Shown here in pieces: positions 13,837 to 26,700 of a DNA stretch of 64,000 nt. Below the pieces are notes generated by a model. It saw nothing but the letters and a program-made list of their open reading frames with translations. It was not told the DNA's origin and searched no databases. This DNA is from the human T2T-CHM13v2.0 reference genome, Homo sapiens, in assembly GCF_009914755.1 (NCBI RefSeq), contig NC_060935.1; one strand, 5' to 3'. The translations under genes and the position numbers were made by a program. Position 1 is the first letter of the stretch. Each line of letters starts with the position of its first letter.

Positions 13837-15507
13837 GAACTTGAACAATTAGGTAATAAATTATCAACCAGTAGGCATTTACTGTCATTTGCTATGTGCT
13901 TAATGCCATAGAAGTCACTAATGAAGGACTGGATGATGGAAGTGAAAAGCTATGTAGTGCAGAATTTATAATAAAGTTGAGAATATAACTGAACAGGATA
14001 GAAAAAAAAATCAAGAGATATATAAGATATAGAGGTTTAATTAACATTTTAAGGGAAGTTGAAGGAAAATACTTCTGTGATGGAGCAGCTGGATTTGAGT
14101 CAACCCATAAAGAATGAATACAATTTGGGCAGATTGAGATTACCATTCAGTTAGTATCTATTAAAAATACAGATGATATACAAAGTCTAATCTCATACTG
14201 TCAAGGAAAGGTAAAATAGCTATGAAGGATGCTGATCTGATTACAATAGAAAGTGAAATTTAACAGATAGCAAGTGATATTTTGGATAAAATAAGTGAAC
14301 CAGATTTTGGAGCACCTAAAAAAAGCTTTGAAAAGTCTAAATTCAGGAGGTGTTGGAATGCCAATTTCTTCTCTACATGATAAATTTCATTTTAAGAAGA
14401 GCGTGCCTGTAAACATGGATTGAATTTGGGAGAGATGAGGAAGGAAGATTAACAGGAGAAAGCACAATAATCCTGCTGTGAAGTGATGACTCAGAATAGG
14501 CAGGGAGAGAACAAGATCATTTAGCTGCTGTTGTTATTTTTCTGTTATAAAACCAACATGTAAATTATGGAAAATTCACAAATTTAACTAAGTGACTAAA
14601 AGATAATTTTAAACCCCCTATGGTTTTGCTGTTTAGTTTTTTTCTGTGATTTAGTCTTTCCCTGCGCCTTAAAAAAAATCAGCCCCTCTAATATGTTCTT
14701 AAAAATTGATTCCTGCAGGACACGACATTTGGTACCACAATAATTTTCACTAAAATTTATATTTTAAACTTTTTTTCTCATGTATAGAGGAAATACATGA
14801 TGGAAAAATCAAAAGAGTATACAGTTGAAAATACAATTTGAAGGGGGGCAAACAAGATTGATATGGCAATCTCTCTGGGATTCTAAGGTAAGAGTGTTGT
14901 AAACAGAAAAGAAAAGCTTTTCAAAGGAACTGGGGACTTGAATGATGGGTTTGAATTTTGTCTTGAGGATTTGGCATAGGTGACTGAATATTCAAAAACA
15001 GGCAACTACAGAGAATTAGAAAAAGGAAACGGGGATGCTTATCTGTCATGACTAGGAAAGTAGCCGTGGCCCTCTTAGACAATGATCCTTGGAAATAGAC
15101 ATGGAAGTAAATACATATTTTAAACAAAGTTTGGTTATCAAACTGTGAAGATCCTCTCTTGCTAAAGTCTCTCTAATATGCTTTTTTACCCATGATTTTC
15201 CACTGCTGTTATTTTAGTTCACATTTAAAACTTCCCCTGGGTTCTCTGGTCATAGCTATTTGAAAGATCTTTCTAAAATGTAAATTTAACCACAGCTAAA
15301 ATGCTTCAGTAGCTGTGCAGTAACTTACAAGATAATGGCAAGGCTCTGTATATGCACAAGGCCTTTTCCATCATTCAGTACCTGCTTTTCTCTACTGCAT
15401 TCTTTGTCAACATTCTCTGTCTTACGCTTCAACAGAGTAACATAAAGACATCATGTTACTTATATCCAAACCTCGGTTTTTGGTGTATTTTTTTTGGTCA
15501 GAAAAAC

Positions 15508-16010
15508 TGCATTCATTTTCTATTTCTGCATAACAAATTATTAAAAACTTAGTGGCTTAAAACAATACAAATGTATTGTTTTATAATTCTGTAAGCTGCA
15601 GTTCTGACATGGGCTTCATTGAGCTAAAATCAAGATGTTAGCAAGCCTACATTCCTTTCTGGAGACACAGAGGAAAATCTGTTTTCGTGCATTTTCTGGT
15701 GTCTAGAGGTAACCCATAATTCTTGCCTCATAGATCCCCTCTTTCATCTTCAAAGCCAGGAACATTGCATCTTCCTGTGACTTTATTCTATAGTCTCATC
15801 TCTGACCATGGCCAGTAAGGAGTCTCTACTTCTAAGGATTCATATAATTAGACTGGGTTCCCCTGGATAATCTTGGATATTCTGCCTATGTTAAGGTTTT
15901 GAATCTTAATCAGTCTGCAAAGTATCATTTTCTATGTAAAGTAATATATTTACAAGTTTCAGGGGTTATAATGTTGAAATCATTAGGAGAGGGTGCACTC
16001 TGCCTACCAC
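15508..16010. mobile_element. MLT1 (MaLR) solo LTR
   Basis: CATAACAAATT...AACTTAGTGGCTTAAAACAA...CTTAATCAGTCTGCAAAG...TCTGCCTACCACA. Confidence 0.8.
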
Positions 16011-16899
16011 AAATACATTTTCTCAACTTCTCTTTATCTATTTATTTCTTTAGCAGGACATTGCTAGATGTACTGTATTCATCTTTGCTGACACTTTTTG
16101 CTCCAAGTACAACAAACTTATACCTCAATTTTATTCCCTTTCTTATACACTGATATCTACACCATAATTTAAAATAAATATGAGCCTTTAATTGTTTAAA
16201 GATTGCTTACATCTCTGCCAAATTGTAAACTCCATAGGATACATATGTCTGCACATCTTAGTTTTTCTGTGCCTCTAGTACTTGGCACATATTTGGACAA
16301 AGAAGGGCCCAATAAATATCTATTGGTCAATTTGTAAATGCATGAGTGACCATCATGGAATAAAAAAAAAACTGCTCATTACCTAAGCTCAAAATCTTGA
16401 GTATTCCCTGAGGACAGAGTCCTAAAATTATAATATGTCAATCATATCCAATTGAAACATATAATCACACCTTCAGGCAGTTCCTTTCCTCCTGCTACAA
16501 TCATGCCAGGCCTAAAGTAAAAACTGTAATGTCTCCTGAAATGTAACTGTCTTCTCTGCTAAAGGCCAGAGGTACTCAATAGATATTGGTTGGATAAATA
16601 CGAAACCTGCAGTCACTGCAAATTCTGATCTCTGGGTATTACTGACTGCATTTTAAGACACCCTCCTTCTCTCAGTTTACCACTTGAATATTCTTGACAA
16701 GAATTATTTATAATGGTCTTTGTCATCAAGAAATGACAAATAATGATTTCAGCAAATAATGGACTTTGTTATCTCTCAGCTTTTTCTCAGAATATTTGCT
16801 TTGCTTAGGATGCTATTTTTCCTTAATTTCACCTGGATACCTTCTGGCTGACTTTCAGGAATCAGTAGATCATCCCAAGTTGCAAAATGTGCCAGACAT

Positions 16900-17460
16900 C
16901 CCCACTAGACAAATCCTTGAGGGTGGGAAATGTGTCTTGTTCATCAATTTATTCCTATTAATTTTTACAGAAATTGATCAGTGAGTGTTGAATACTGAAT
17001 AAATGCATAAATGTCAGCCTCTCTCTCAACCATCTTCAATTCACCAATTAATGTAGCTTCCAGCTTACTTCGCTCCAGTCACACCGGTCCTCTTGCTGTT
17101 CCTAGAACACTCAGGTTCATTTCTACTTCAGGACTGCTATACTTGTTCTGCCATTCTGCAATGTTCTTCCCTCAAGTTTTATTTTTCAAATATCTAACTC
17201 CATCATATTGTTCACAATTTTGTTCAGAAAAGCCCCTCTTTATAGAGGCCTTCCCTGCTCACCCATTCAATCGCTCTCAACCCATTACCCCACTATGTTT
17301 CCTTCAGAGTACTTTGCAGTTTATGAAATAGTTAATCATTTACTGTGCTGTTGTCTGTCTCTACCACCAAAATGTAAGTCAGGAGAACAGGTTTTGTTAT
17401 CCTTTTGCCCACTATATTCCTATAATGTGTGCTTAGAGAGAGAAGAACACTCAACAACTT
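16900..17460. mobile_element. L2 3' fragments
   Basis: CTCCAGTCACACCGGTCCTCTTGCTGTTCCTAGAACAC...AGAGGCCTTCCCTG...AAATGTAAG. Confidence 0.65.
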
Positions 17461-18184
17461 TTTTTTACCCAACTAACTTCTGCTTATAAGCACTTCAAGC
17501 CTTAACTAAGGCAACCGCTCTAGAAATCCACCTGTGGCCCTCCTTCCCCTCAGGGTGGTTTCTGGGATCCCTCATTTATTTAACACACATTCTTCTTTGT
17601 GGTTTTTCGTCTGTGTTATTATGTTTATGTTTTATGTTAGGAATTAAAGTAACTAAAGTTTATTGTGAATAAAAGAACATGCTAAGAATTATATTAGAAA
17701 GTTTTACATATATGATATGTCTAAATTGCACAGACAGCCTTGTGGGGTAGACATTTTTAGTTCTTTTTAAAATAAAATTGATCTCAGATAAATAAAATAA
17801 TTTGTCCAAGTCACACAGTAAGGAAGTAGAACTTTCTATACCTGACCCCAAGTTTAGTATACTTGCTACTATATCGGAATAACTTTTAATTTATCACCAG
17901 ACATAAGAGAACATAACTCCTTTATGGGGACTGAAATTACAAGTGCACATCACAGAGAGAATCCAGCTGTGAAGCTGTATACATGCCTCAAAATTTTCAG
18001 TGGTTTAATGTCTTTTTTTCTGAAGTTTTCTGTATACACAAGCATGAAAGACACATACCACTCATGACACTCACAGGCATATTTTATTCAATTTGCTGTG
18101 TACAACTAATCATAGGCCTTTTGCATGTTAATACACACAATTCACATATACACATTGTAAAAATAAGAAATTCATAATGAAAGA

Positions 18185-18726
18185 TGTTGGAATATTGAGC
18201 CTTAAAAAATGTGATTATGGGATCTGAGTTACGTAACAGGCAGCTATAACCTAGGCAGCTGTAATCTTTGTTTCTCTTATTGTAATTTTCCTTTTCTTTA
18301 ATTACATTGTTTTTTAAAATGTAAAAAACTATAGAATGCTAGAGAAGACCTTTTCCCACTCCACTGTTGATCTTCATTTTTAGATTAACTTACGTCTCTC
18401 TTCTCTTACACAAAAACCTCAGGACTATCATGTTGTCTAGCCTGGAATGTTAAACATACTCTTTCAAATTGGAAAAGAAAAAAAAAACAAGCTGTAACTA
18501 TTCAAATTACTATAACTCACAAGTCAGCCTTAGTATGGAAAATGTTGTAGTCCTCTTAAATTTATTTGCTTTCCACGTGCATAAGCAAATCCTTAACTTT
18601 TCAGCTTCAGAGCAATGACCCCATTCCTTCGGGGTCTGTGTTACTCAAATGGTCATTCTCAACTTTGTGGCTAAATAAGCTCTTTTAAACTGGGTTCTGA
18701 TCCTTTTGATTATTTTGGGGTTGATG
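18185..18726 (+). mobile_element. ERV1-class solo LTR (subfamily not assigned)
   Basis: LTR-like organisation ending AAATAAGCTCTTTTAAA...TTATTTTGGGGTTGATG; boundaries approximate. Confidence 0.6.
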
Positions 18727-19509
18727 ATATCATTGCAGAAACAGTGTTCTCATGCCAAACAGGAGGGGACACTGGTGTTGGGAGCAGGGACAGGCATATC
18801 CAATGTTAAATGTCAGGTGTACTAGATTGCCTTGGAAGAGACCAACCTCAGGTGAGAACTGGTCCACATACACTTCATAGTAGAAGACATTGTGTTCAGC
18901 CACACCCTTTCTTAATCTGCACTAAAACCATGCAGGAACATGACATTCTCATGCTTCTCTCTAGGTGTTCGAAGCTCCCCTTGGCAATATCACATTCAAG
19001 CTTGCTTTCCTCACAGTTACCTCCAAGCCCAAACTGCAAATACTATATTGACATGTATTACTCAAAATATAACTTTTATCTAGAATGTCTTGGGGGTACA
19101 ATAACAATACAACATATAAAAGGGCATAACAAACTATCCTTGGTTCCTTGGCTTATAATCTCTTTCTGATACAGTCAGTACCTCAATCTGTTTCCACTTC
19201 ACCTCATTTTTCTTAAACCTTCCTGACATTCTAGAGAATAAAAATGGCAACAAAAACAACACTTCAGATAATTCTCAGAATACACTGTCCTCTCTCTCAC
19301 TTCTGCTTCAGCTTTGCACATGCTGTTCCTTTGGACTGGAACATATTTTTGTCTCCTTCCTCTTACAGTTTTTGACTGCCTAATGCCTACATTTCCCTTA
19401 AGGCTATTACTGTGTCAACTCAGGGAAAACTTTTCTGATGCTCCCTTCCCCCAGCTAGGGGAAGACAACTCCCAAACCAATTTCTTTTTTCTTTGAAGAA
19501 TACAATTAA

Positions 19510-20060
19510 CATGTGATTGTATAACGAATCTTCCCAAAATTTAGTGTCTTAAAAATATTTATTTTGTTTACAAAACTGAAATTTTGGCTGAGTCAGAGAA
19601 CAATTGATTGCTTTACCAGATGCCAATTGGAGAGGCTGGAAGGTTGGGGAATGGAACTATCTGAGGATTCTCTACTCATTGGTGGTTAACACTGACTCAG
19701 CTAAGGTCTCAGCCTTAGCTGAGTGAGACCTTGGCTGAGCCTACTGGATGGAACACCTACATGGGCCCTCTCCACGTCGCCTGGGCTTCCTCTTAGAATA
19801 GGGGCTGGGTTTCAAAAACAAGCGTTGAGTGAAACAGACAGAAACAGTGGTGGAATGGAGGTGGAAGAGAGAGAGAGAGAGAAGATACATGGGCTATTTC
19901 CACAATACTCAATTCATGAGGCATTTACAAATTCTATCCAGTTTCAAGGGGAGAAGAAGTAGACCCTATCTCTTTATGAGGAGTAGCAAGTTCCTGGAAG
20001 AGCATGTGGGTTTAGAATTATTGCTGTGGCTATTTTTAGAAAATAAAATTTACCACATCA
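19510..20060. mobile_element. MLT1 (MaLR) solo LTR
   Basis: AAAATTTAGTGTCTTAAAA...GGAACACCTACATGGGCCCTCTCCACG...TTCAAGGGGAG...TTTACCACA. Confidence 0.75.
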
Positions 20061-20246
20061 TATTACATTTTACCCCCCCCTGCCCTGGCCACAACAGAGT
20101 GAGGGTTCTGTAAGGACTGTAACTCATCCCTGTACATGTTTGTTGAGTAAGTAAATGTCTCCTTTATTTTATGCATGTTAGAAATTATAAAGGATAGGCA
20201 AACAAGGGCACGTTTCAGGAGACAGTGGCTCTAACACTAGACACAG

Positions 20247-21191
20247 TTAGTAACAAAAGGCATGCGTCACTCGATCCCGGATCTGTTTGGTCTTCACACT
20301 GTAGACAATGGGATTCATCACAGGAGGAAAGAGAAGATACATGAAACCCATGACCACCTGGACCAGGTGGGGTGCCTGCTTTCCAAAGCGATGGATGACA
20401 GAGAGGCCAATCATGGGAGTGTAGAAGAGCAGCACAGCACAGATGTGGGAAACACAGGTGTTAAGGGCCTTGAATCTCTCAGCCCTGGAGGCGATGGACA
20501 GCACGGTGCGCAGGATCAGAGCATAAGAGAAGAGGATGAGCAGTGAGTCTATACCCACTGTAGAGACGATGACAAACATGCCGTAGATGCTGTTGGCCTT
20601 CATGTCGGCACAGGCCAATTTCATCACTTCTTGGTGGAGACAATAAGAATGTGAGAGAACTGGGGAGCCACAATAGGGGAATCTTTTGAGCATAAAAGGT
20701 AATGGAAAAATGAGTGCTACACTACGACCCAGAGAGACCAGGCCAATCCTGCCAATGACTGTGTTGGTGAGAATGGAAACATAGTGCAAGGGGTGGCAGA
20801 TAGCCACAAAGCGGTCAAAGGCCATAGACAGTAGCACAGAGGACTCGAGGAAGGAGAAGCAGTGAATGAAAAAGAGCTGAGCAAAGCAGGCATCATGGCT
20901 AATTTGTCGTGCTCCAACCCAAAAGATGCCCAGGACTGTAGGGAGAGTGCAAAGGGAGAGACCCAGGTCAATCAGAGCCAGCATGGACAGGAAGAGATAC
21001 ATAGGTTCATGAAGTGAGCGCTCTGTTTTAATGATAAAAAGAATTGTGCAGTTGCCCGGGATGGAAACCAGATACATGAAGCACAGTGGGATGGAGATCC
21101 AGATGTGCATGCGCTCCAGCCCAGGGATGCCACTCAGCAGGAAGGTAGCAGAAACGCTGCTGCTGCTGTTTCCCAGGGATCCCAGGGTCAT
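20247..21191 (-). CDS. OR51G2: Olfactory receptor 51G2 (314 aa from the ATG at 21191; the track's longer ORF uses a non-ATG start)
   Basis: Intact ORF with LHEPMY, MAFDRFVAICHPLHY, KALNTCVSH, PPVMNPIVY; termini MTLGSLGNSSSS...HAFCY recognised. Confidence 0.95.
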   Translation of the reverse strand: MTLGSLGNSSSSVSATFLLSGIPGLERMHIWISIPLCFMYLVSIPGNCTILFIIKTERSLHEPMYLFLSMLALIDLGLSLCTLPTVLGIFWVGARQISHDACFAQLFFIHCFSFLESSVLLSMAFDRFVAICHPLHYVSILTNTVIGRIGLVSLGRSVALIFPLPFMLKRFPYCGSPVLSHSYCLHQEVMKLACADMKANSIYGMFVIVSTVGIDSLLILFSYALILRTVLSIASRAERFKALNTCVSHICAVLLFYTPMIGLSVIHRFGKQAPHLVQVVMGFMYLLFPPVMNPIVYSVKTKQIRDRVTHAFCY

Positions 21192-21564
21192 TGTGTGAGG
21201 AGACAAGGGGGAAGGTGGGTGCCCTCCAAAATCCTGAAGTAAATTGAGGCAGTACTGGTGATTGCACCTGGTGGAAATTAAAGAAAAAAAATAGAATCAA
21301 ATATACCTAGAACTGTGCAGCTCTTTCTAGTGGTTATTTCTTTCTGGTCCTTGACTTCCTCTCAGTATCTTTTTGAGGAAATTTGTCTCATAGTTTCAAT
21401 AAGAAGCAAAGACATGGAATTGTGAAGTGATGAGCCAAACTGGGTGAGTTGGAGATTCTAAATGAGCCGCTCCACCCTTTTTGCTCTTTTCTGACTTCTG
21501 TATCAACCAGGTCTTCTTAGCCACTAGAGTTTTTACTAGTCTCACCCAGTGGGATGCACCCAGG

Positions 21565-21694
21565 GGCCAGGTGCAGTGGCTCACGCCTGTAATCTCAGCA
21601 CTTTGGGAGGCCGAGGTGGGCGGATCATGAGGTCAGGAGGTTGAGACCATCCTGGCTAACACAGTGAAACCCAGTCTCTACTAAAAAAAAAAAA
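21565..21694 (+). mobile_element. Left monomer only of an AluY/Sc-type element
   Basis: GGCCAGGTGCAGTGG...CATCCTGGCTAACACAGTGAAACCC...CTACT then A12 and unique sequence. Confidence 0.9.
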
Positions 21695-23397
21695 TGGTGT
21701 GGGAGGAGGGAGAATTCAGCCTCCCTCTGCTGGCACTGTGGGTTGGCAGTGGCTGTGTTCTGCCACTGAAGGCCACAGCTGTTGTTGGGGACTTTTCTCT
21801 TATAGCAGCATACTCCTTGTGTTGTAGTCCTTGCTCTCTGCTCCTTCAGACTAAGAAGTGAGAGTTTCCTCATTATTCCTCTTGGCCCTATTTAACTTTG
21901 CCTGCCTCTTACAAATAGATCTTTTACTGGAAAAAAAAAAGTCCTCACATGCCTTTTTTCTACCAGGCCTCTCACTAACATTCTAACTTTTATTTCACCT
22001 TCTTTTCTTTTCCTTTATCTTACTGTGCTTTCTTTGTTATAGTTTTAGTTTTTTTCTTTCTTTCTCTTTTTTGTTTTTGATTAACTTCTCCAGGCACATA
22101 CAAGCCCTAATTCTAGACAGACCAACCCTTCACTCACCTTCTCCTCTGGTCTTCCTGACATAGAAGCTTAGCCTTGTCCAAGTAGCTCATAAATGCTGCT
22201 CAGCTTACAGAATTCCAGAGAAAGGTGGAGAGTATGTGAATGATGACCTGTGAAGCTATTTCTGACTGCTAGAGTAAGACATCAAAGCCCTGATCCTCCT
22301 GTCAATCAGTAACCAGAATTCCCCAGAAGTCCAGGAATCCAACTGCTGTGGACCTAAGTGGCAGGAGAGGCTAAAGCACCATCAACCATGGCCACATCCC
22401 CAACCACAAGGTCATGTCCAGGAGAGCCCACTGAACACAGGGCAGTGATGCTGGAAAGGCCCAGTCTTCTACAGAGGAAGAAATGAAGGCTCAGGAGAGT
22501 CTTGTCACTGGGAAGAGGTCATATGCCAATTCAGGCCTCCTGACTTCCACAGCAGTGATCTTCCATTCTCAATTAATATCACTGGAATATGAGCTCAAAG
22601 AGGGTAGGGGCTTTTCTTTGTTTACCTCTATTAATCCAGTATTTAGAACACGCCCCAGTACGCAGCAGATGCCAAGAATGTTTTTTTTGCATGAATAAGT
22701 TATTTTTTATTTAGCTAACTAATAGTAACTTGGTGCAGGTTTTATCTCCTTAAAAAGCCTATGAATATTCTATTGATAATATTATGCTGTAGATAAGAAA
22801 ACAGAAGCTTAGAAAAAATTATTTACATTTCTAAGATCAGACAAATAGTAAAGACAAAAATAGGATTTGAACGAATATTTGATTTTTCTCTAGACTTCAG
22901 GATATAAACAATGATTACTCTTTCTTGCCATATAGATAATAATTCAGTGTCAAGTGGCAGAGCTAGCTCAACAGGCCTTTAAAAGCATTGCTGATTCTTT
23001 AGCTGAATAAATAAATAAACTGATTGGAGAAACACACATAAAGATATACACAGACACTTTCTCACTCCAATAACGGTGGCATTAATAGTTTGGGCCGTTA
23101 ACTCACTGTCCACCTGAAGATCATATAGGCTCTCACACCGTGCTCCTCAGCTTCTGCTGTGGCCGTGATCAGTGGTTACCACATTACATATCAAAGTGAA
23201 TTCAGAAAAGCTGTGATAAACTTACCTGTCAGGGACAGACAAGCTACATATTGGGTTAACAATATACTTTTTATGTGTTCTGTAGAATCAGGTTTTATTG
23301 TTTTGATGTAATAGTCTCTAATTGTTCAGTGTTTTCATTGCACTATGAAATTCATTAAAACATCCATGTTCCATAATTACTATTGTAAAAAATTCAG

Positions 23398-23578
23398 AGA
23401 GCCTGACAAATAGTAGATACTCTTCAGTAATTCTATTTCTTTCTTCTTCACCACCCTATTTCATTTTAATGTCAAAATAAACCTAAGGCGGAAAATATTT
23501 TTGACATTAAAATGAAATAGGATGGTGAAGAAGAAAGAAATAGAATTACTGAAGAACAGCTACAATTTGCCAGGCTCT
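23398..23578. repeat. Long inverted repeat (80-bp arms, 21-nt spacer)
   Basis: 23421-23477 is the reverse complement of 23499-23555 with 1 mismatch; the outer 23 bp pair with 5 mismatches. Confidence 0.95.
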
Positions 23579-23760
23579 GTATTAGGGACATTCCAAAAAT
23601 CACCACACTTAGACTTTAGAAAAAATTTGCAAGTTAGTATTATTGTCTCAATTTGCAAATGAGGAAAGAGAGGCTTAGAGAATTTTATAATATCCCTAGA
23701 ATCACGCAGCCAGTCAGTGCCGGAGCTGGAATTCAAACTTAGATCTCTATAGCTTCAAGG
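23556..23760 (+). mobile_element. MIR
   Basis: TGCCAGGCTCTGT...ATTTGCAAATGAGGAAAGAGAGGCTTAGAGA...GGAGCTGGAATTCAAAC. Confidence 0.75.
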
Positions 23761-26700
23761 CACATACTGAGAAGTTGGAAAAATTTTGGTTAACGAATCC
23801 CAGCAATTATTTAAGTTAAGGCAGCCTGAAACGGGTGGAGGTTAAATTAGAAAGATATAGAGAAATGTTAAATGTCTGGATCACATCTTTTTTTCCTATA
23901 AACTCAAGACAGACTTTCTTTGGGATTGGAACTTGTGCTTCAGATTGTAAGGAGGTACAGCAGAACAGGAATCAGAGAGAATAATGAGGATAGGTTAGAG
24001 GAGGGGACTTGGAAATAAAATAAAATTCAGAATAATGATGCCAGGAGATATCTGCTTGGAAAAGATCACCTTTAGCCAGTTCGCCAGAGAGTTCTTAGTA
24101 TGATAATTATTCTGAGTTCCTCTCATTTAAAATCCTCGCAGAACCCATTAGCAGTTTTGGTAAGGACTTCATTGTTCCTGACCTAAAGCAGCTGTCCAGG
24201 ATACAGTGGGTTCAGCAAGATAGACTTAATCCATGGCGTTTCTGCCCTCAAGTTGTTTTGCTTTAAGACTACTTTCTGAAGGGACTTGAGCAAGTTGAAT
24301 GACTGTTCTGATTCTATTATAATAGACCACACTTTGTGATCACTCAGGGAAATATGTTTTATGTCACAGAAAAGCTTTTTCCCAAAGAGTCAGACTACTT
24401 CCTATCCATCTCCTTGTTTCTTGGAAATAACTCCTATTCTACTAACTTGTGTCTGAGACTAGGGGTAGATGTTGACCTTTAATAACCGAGCTCGTTTCAT
24501 GCCTGCATGACAATTTTGCCCACCTAACTTGCTTAATTCTCTGGGTCTCATCAATATTCCTGCTGTTACCATATAGGAGGCAAGTCTCTGGGCAAGAAAA
24601 CAAGGAAATTGACTGATGTGAGAAAGCTGTTGTCTACTTTCTGAGCTGGTGCTAAGATCAGACCTGGGATCCCATGAAGCCAGCAAAATCTGACTGTAGC
24701 ATTTACCATCCTTAGCAGGTGCTCTCTGCAGCCTTTTGGTAGACAAAGTCCCTTCTACCATTTCTCTCTCCAAAGCTCGGGCTCAGCCTTCTGGGATCTT
24801 TTCTTGGCTCTACACTCAGCATCAAACACCTGGCTACTATATGAACTCCTCGCATACCAAGGCTAAAAATAAAGGCCATGAACGCTAGAGTGACTGGAGG
24901 ACGGATGTTTAAATCCATGATTTTTATGCAACTGCCCAAGGTATCCACTGAGACCCTTTCAAGGATCTTTAACCAATTCCCTAGCAGGCCTGGCTCCCTG
25001 GACCTCATTACCTCAGACCCTGGAGATAAGAGAAAAGGGGGCAAGGAGACTGGTCTTGTGAGATACCAGGATGGAAAGCCCAGAGGATGCCATGTACCAG
25101 CCACTGGTGAAGAATATGGCAAGAGTTTTGAACCAACGCCACAACTTTGGGAAAGCAGAGTGGGTGCTATTGATAATGTTTTATGTGTGATATGGCATAA
25201 CCCCAATTTATGCACACTGGAGAATTAAATTCACTTTACAATCATAAGTGAATTTAAAAAGGGATTTTTTTAAATTGAATGCTTTCTCCATCACCAAGGG
25301 GAGGAAGGAAGTCAGGCTAGGTTCTTGAAAATGCTGGGATGGTATTGATGATTATTCTGGGTGCTCAGGTAACCCTATATGCTCCTGATTTCTGCATACT
25401 CTTAGGGACTTCATCTCCTCTTCCTGTCTCTGATCCACTCAGAACTCAGTCCTTTGTTTCCAGACATCCAGGAGCTAATTGGAGAAACTAATCCATTCTT
25501 GTACACTTGGGGGTGAGATGAGCCCCTGCAAAAGGTAATTAGAACTGAAAAGGAGTTTTTATGTGATTACAAGGGTATGAAGAGTTAATTTTTGGCCCCT
25601 GGGAAAGCTGATGAAGAAGGCATTTTAGAGAGAGAAATGAAGGGAGGGAATAGGCTATTATGTTTTGTGGATATCTAGATTTCTGTCTTTATGGGACCTT
25701 TTTATAAGTGCTCTTTGTGGTCTCTTTAAGAAACCTAAGCCTTCTTCTCTTGGGTTCTAACATTATTCAGAGACCTTTGCCAGCCCTGAATTTAAACCTT
25801 TCTTAATGTAAGTACCTAGTAGAACCAAGAGTAGGCCATCTATAATTGGCTTGTGTAAGTGGTCTTTTGCTTGCTGTACCTTCCTTTCATACTGTTTCCA
25901 CAATGCACTTCTTCTCCTCTTATTCAGCTATGACTATTTCTACAAATTCCAGCTTAATTTCTTCCAACATAGTTCCATTCTAGCCACTGACATTTGGAGA
26001 TTGGGCTTTACACCAAACTCATTATGACACAGAAAGGAAATCTCCATACTCTGACATGAGGCCCCAGATGTAAGAAGTGCTCAGAATATTATGGAGGATT
26101 ATGGTCATAATGATAATAGCAAAGATCATATAATTAAATGCAAAGCAAGCACAGAACAATTAAACATAATGCCTTTGGTATGGTTTCAGGTAGTGTTGTG
26201 TGCGGTTCTGTCAAGGACTTTTGTTTCATTTCTCAGCCCCAAATAGGGAGAGAAATTGTGTTATAAAAATCCCTTTGGGTTTCATTCAAATTTTACCTAT
26301 ATTTGTGGTTTACCATCATATGTTGATTCTCCATAAAATATTCAAAATGAGAAGGGTAATCTTTTCTCTAATATCCTACCTAAAAAGTATACTTTAATTC
26401 AGAAAATAAAGTGCTTCTAGTAGTAAATAAATCCAGTCATTACTGATAGGTATCAGATGTCATCTTTGAGTGTTTACTTAGACATAACACTATATGAACA
26501 AGTGAATATTTATTGAATTCTGTGAGTTTAGAGGTAGCTAATCTTTTAAGTCAAACCACTGGAGCTCATTTAGATTCTGTCCTGATTTCCAAACAATATC
26601 CCATGAGCTGAGTAACAAGTTGGTATTGAAGGGATAACTGACAAATGGCAGAAAGCATAGGCGCAGCTTGTAGGACTTTTATATTCTTGTGACAAGTGGA

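Noticed and set aside
24459-25228. Overlapping antiparallel ORFs of 167, 116 and 104 aa in unique DNA
   Set aside because: The longest has a GTG start, there is no recognisable domain, and the locally higher GC content makes such ORFs likely by chance
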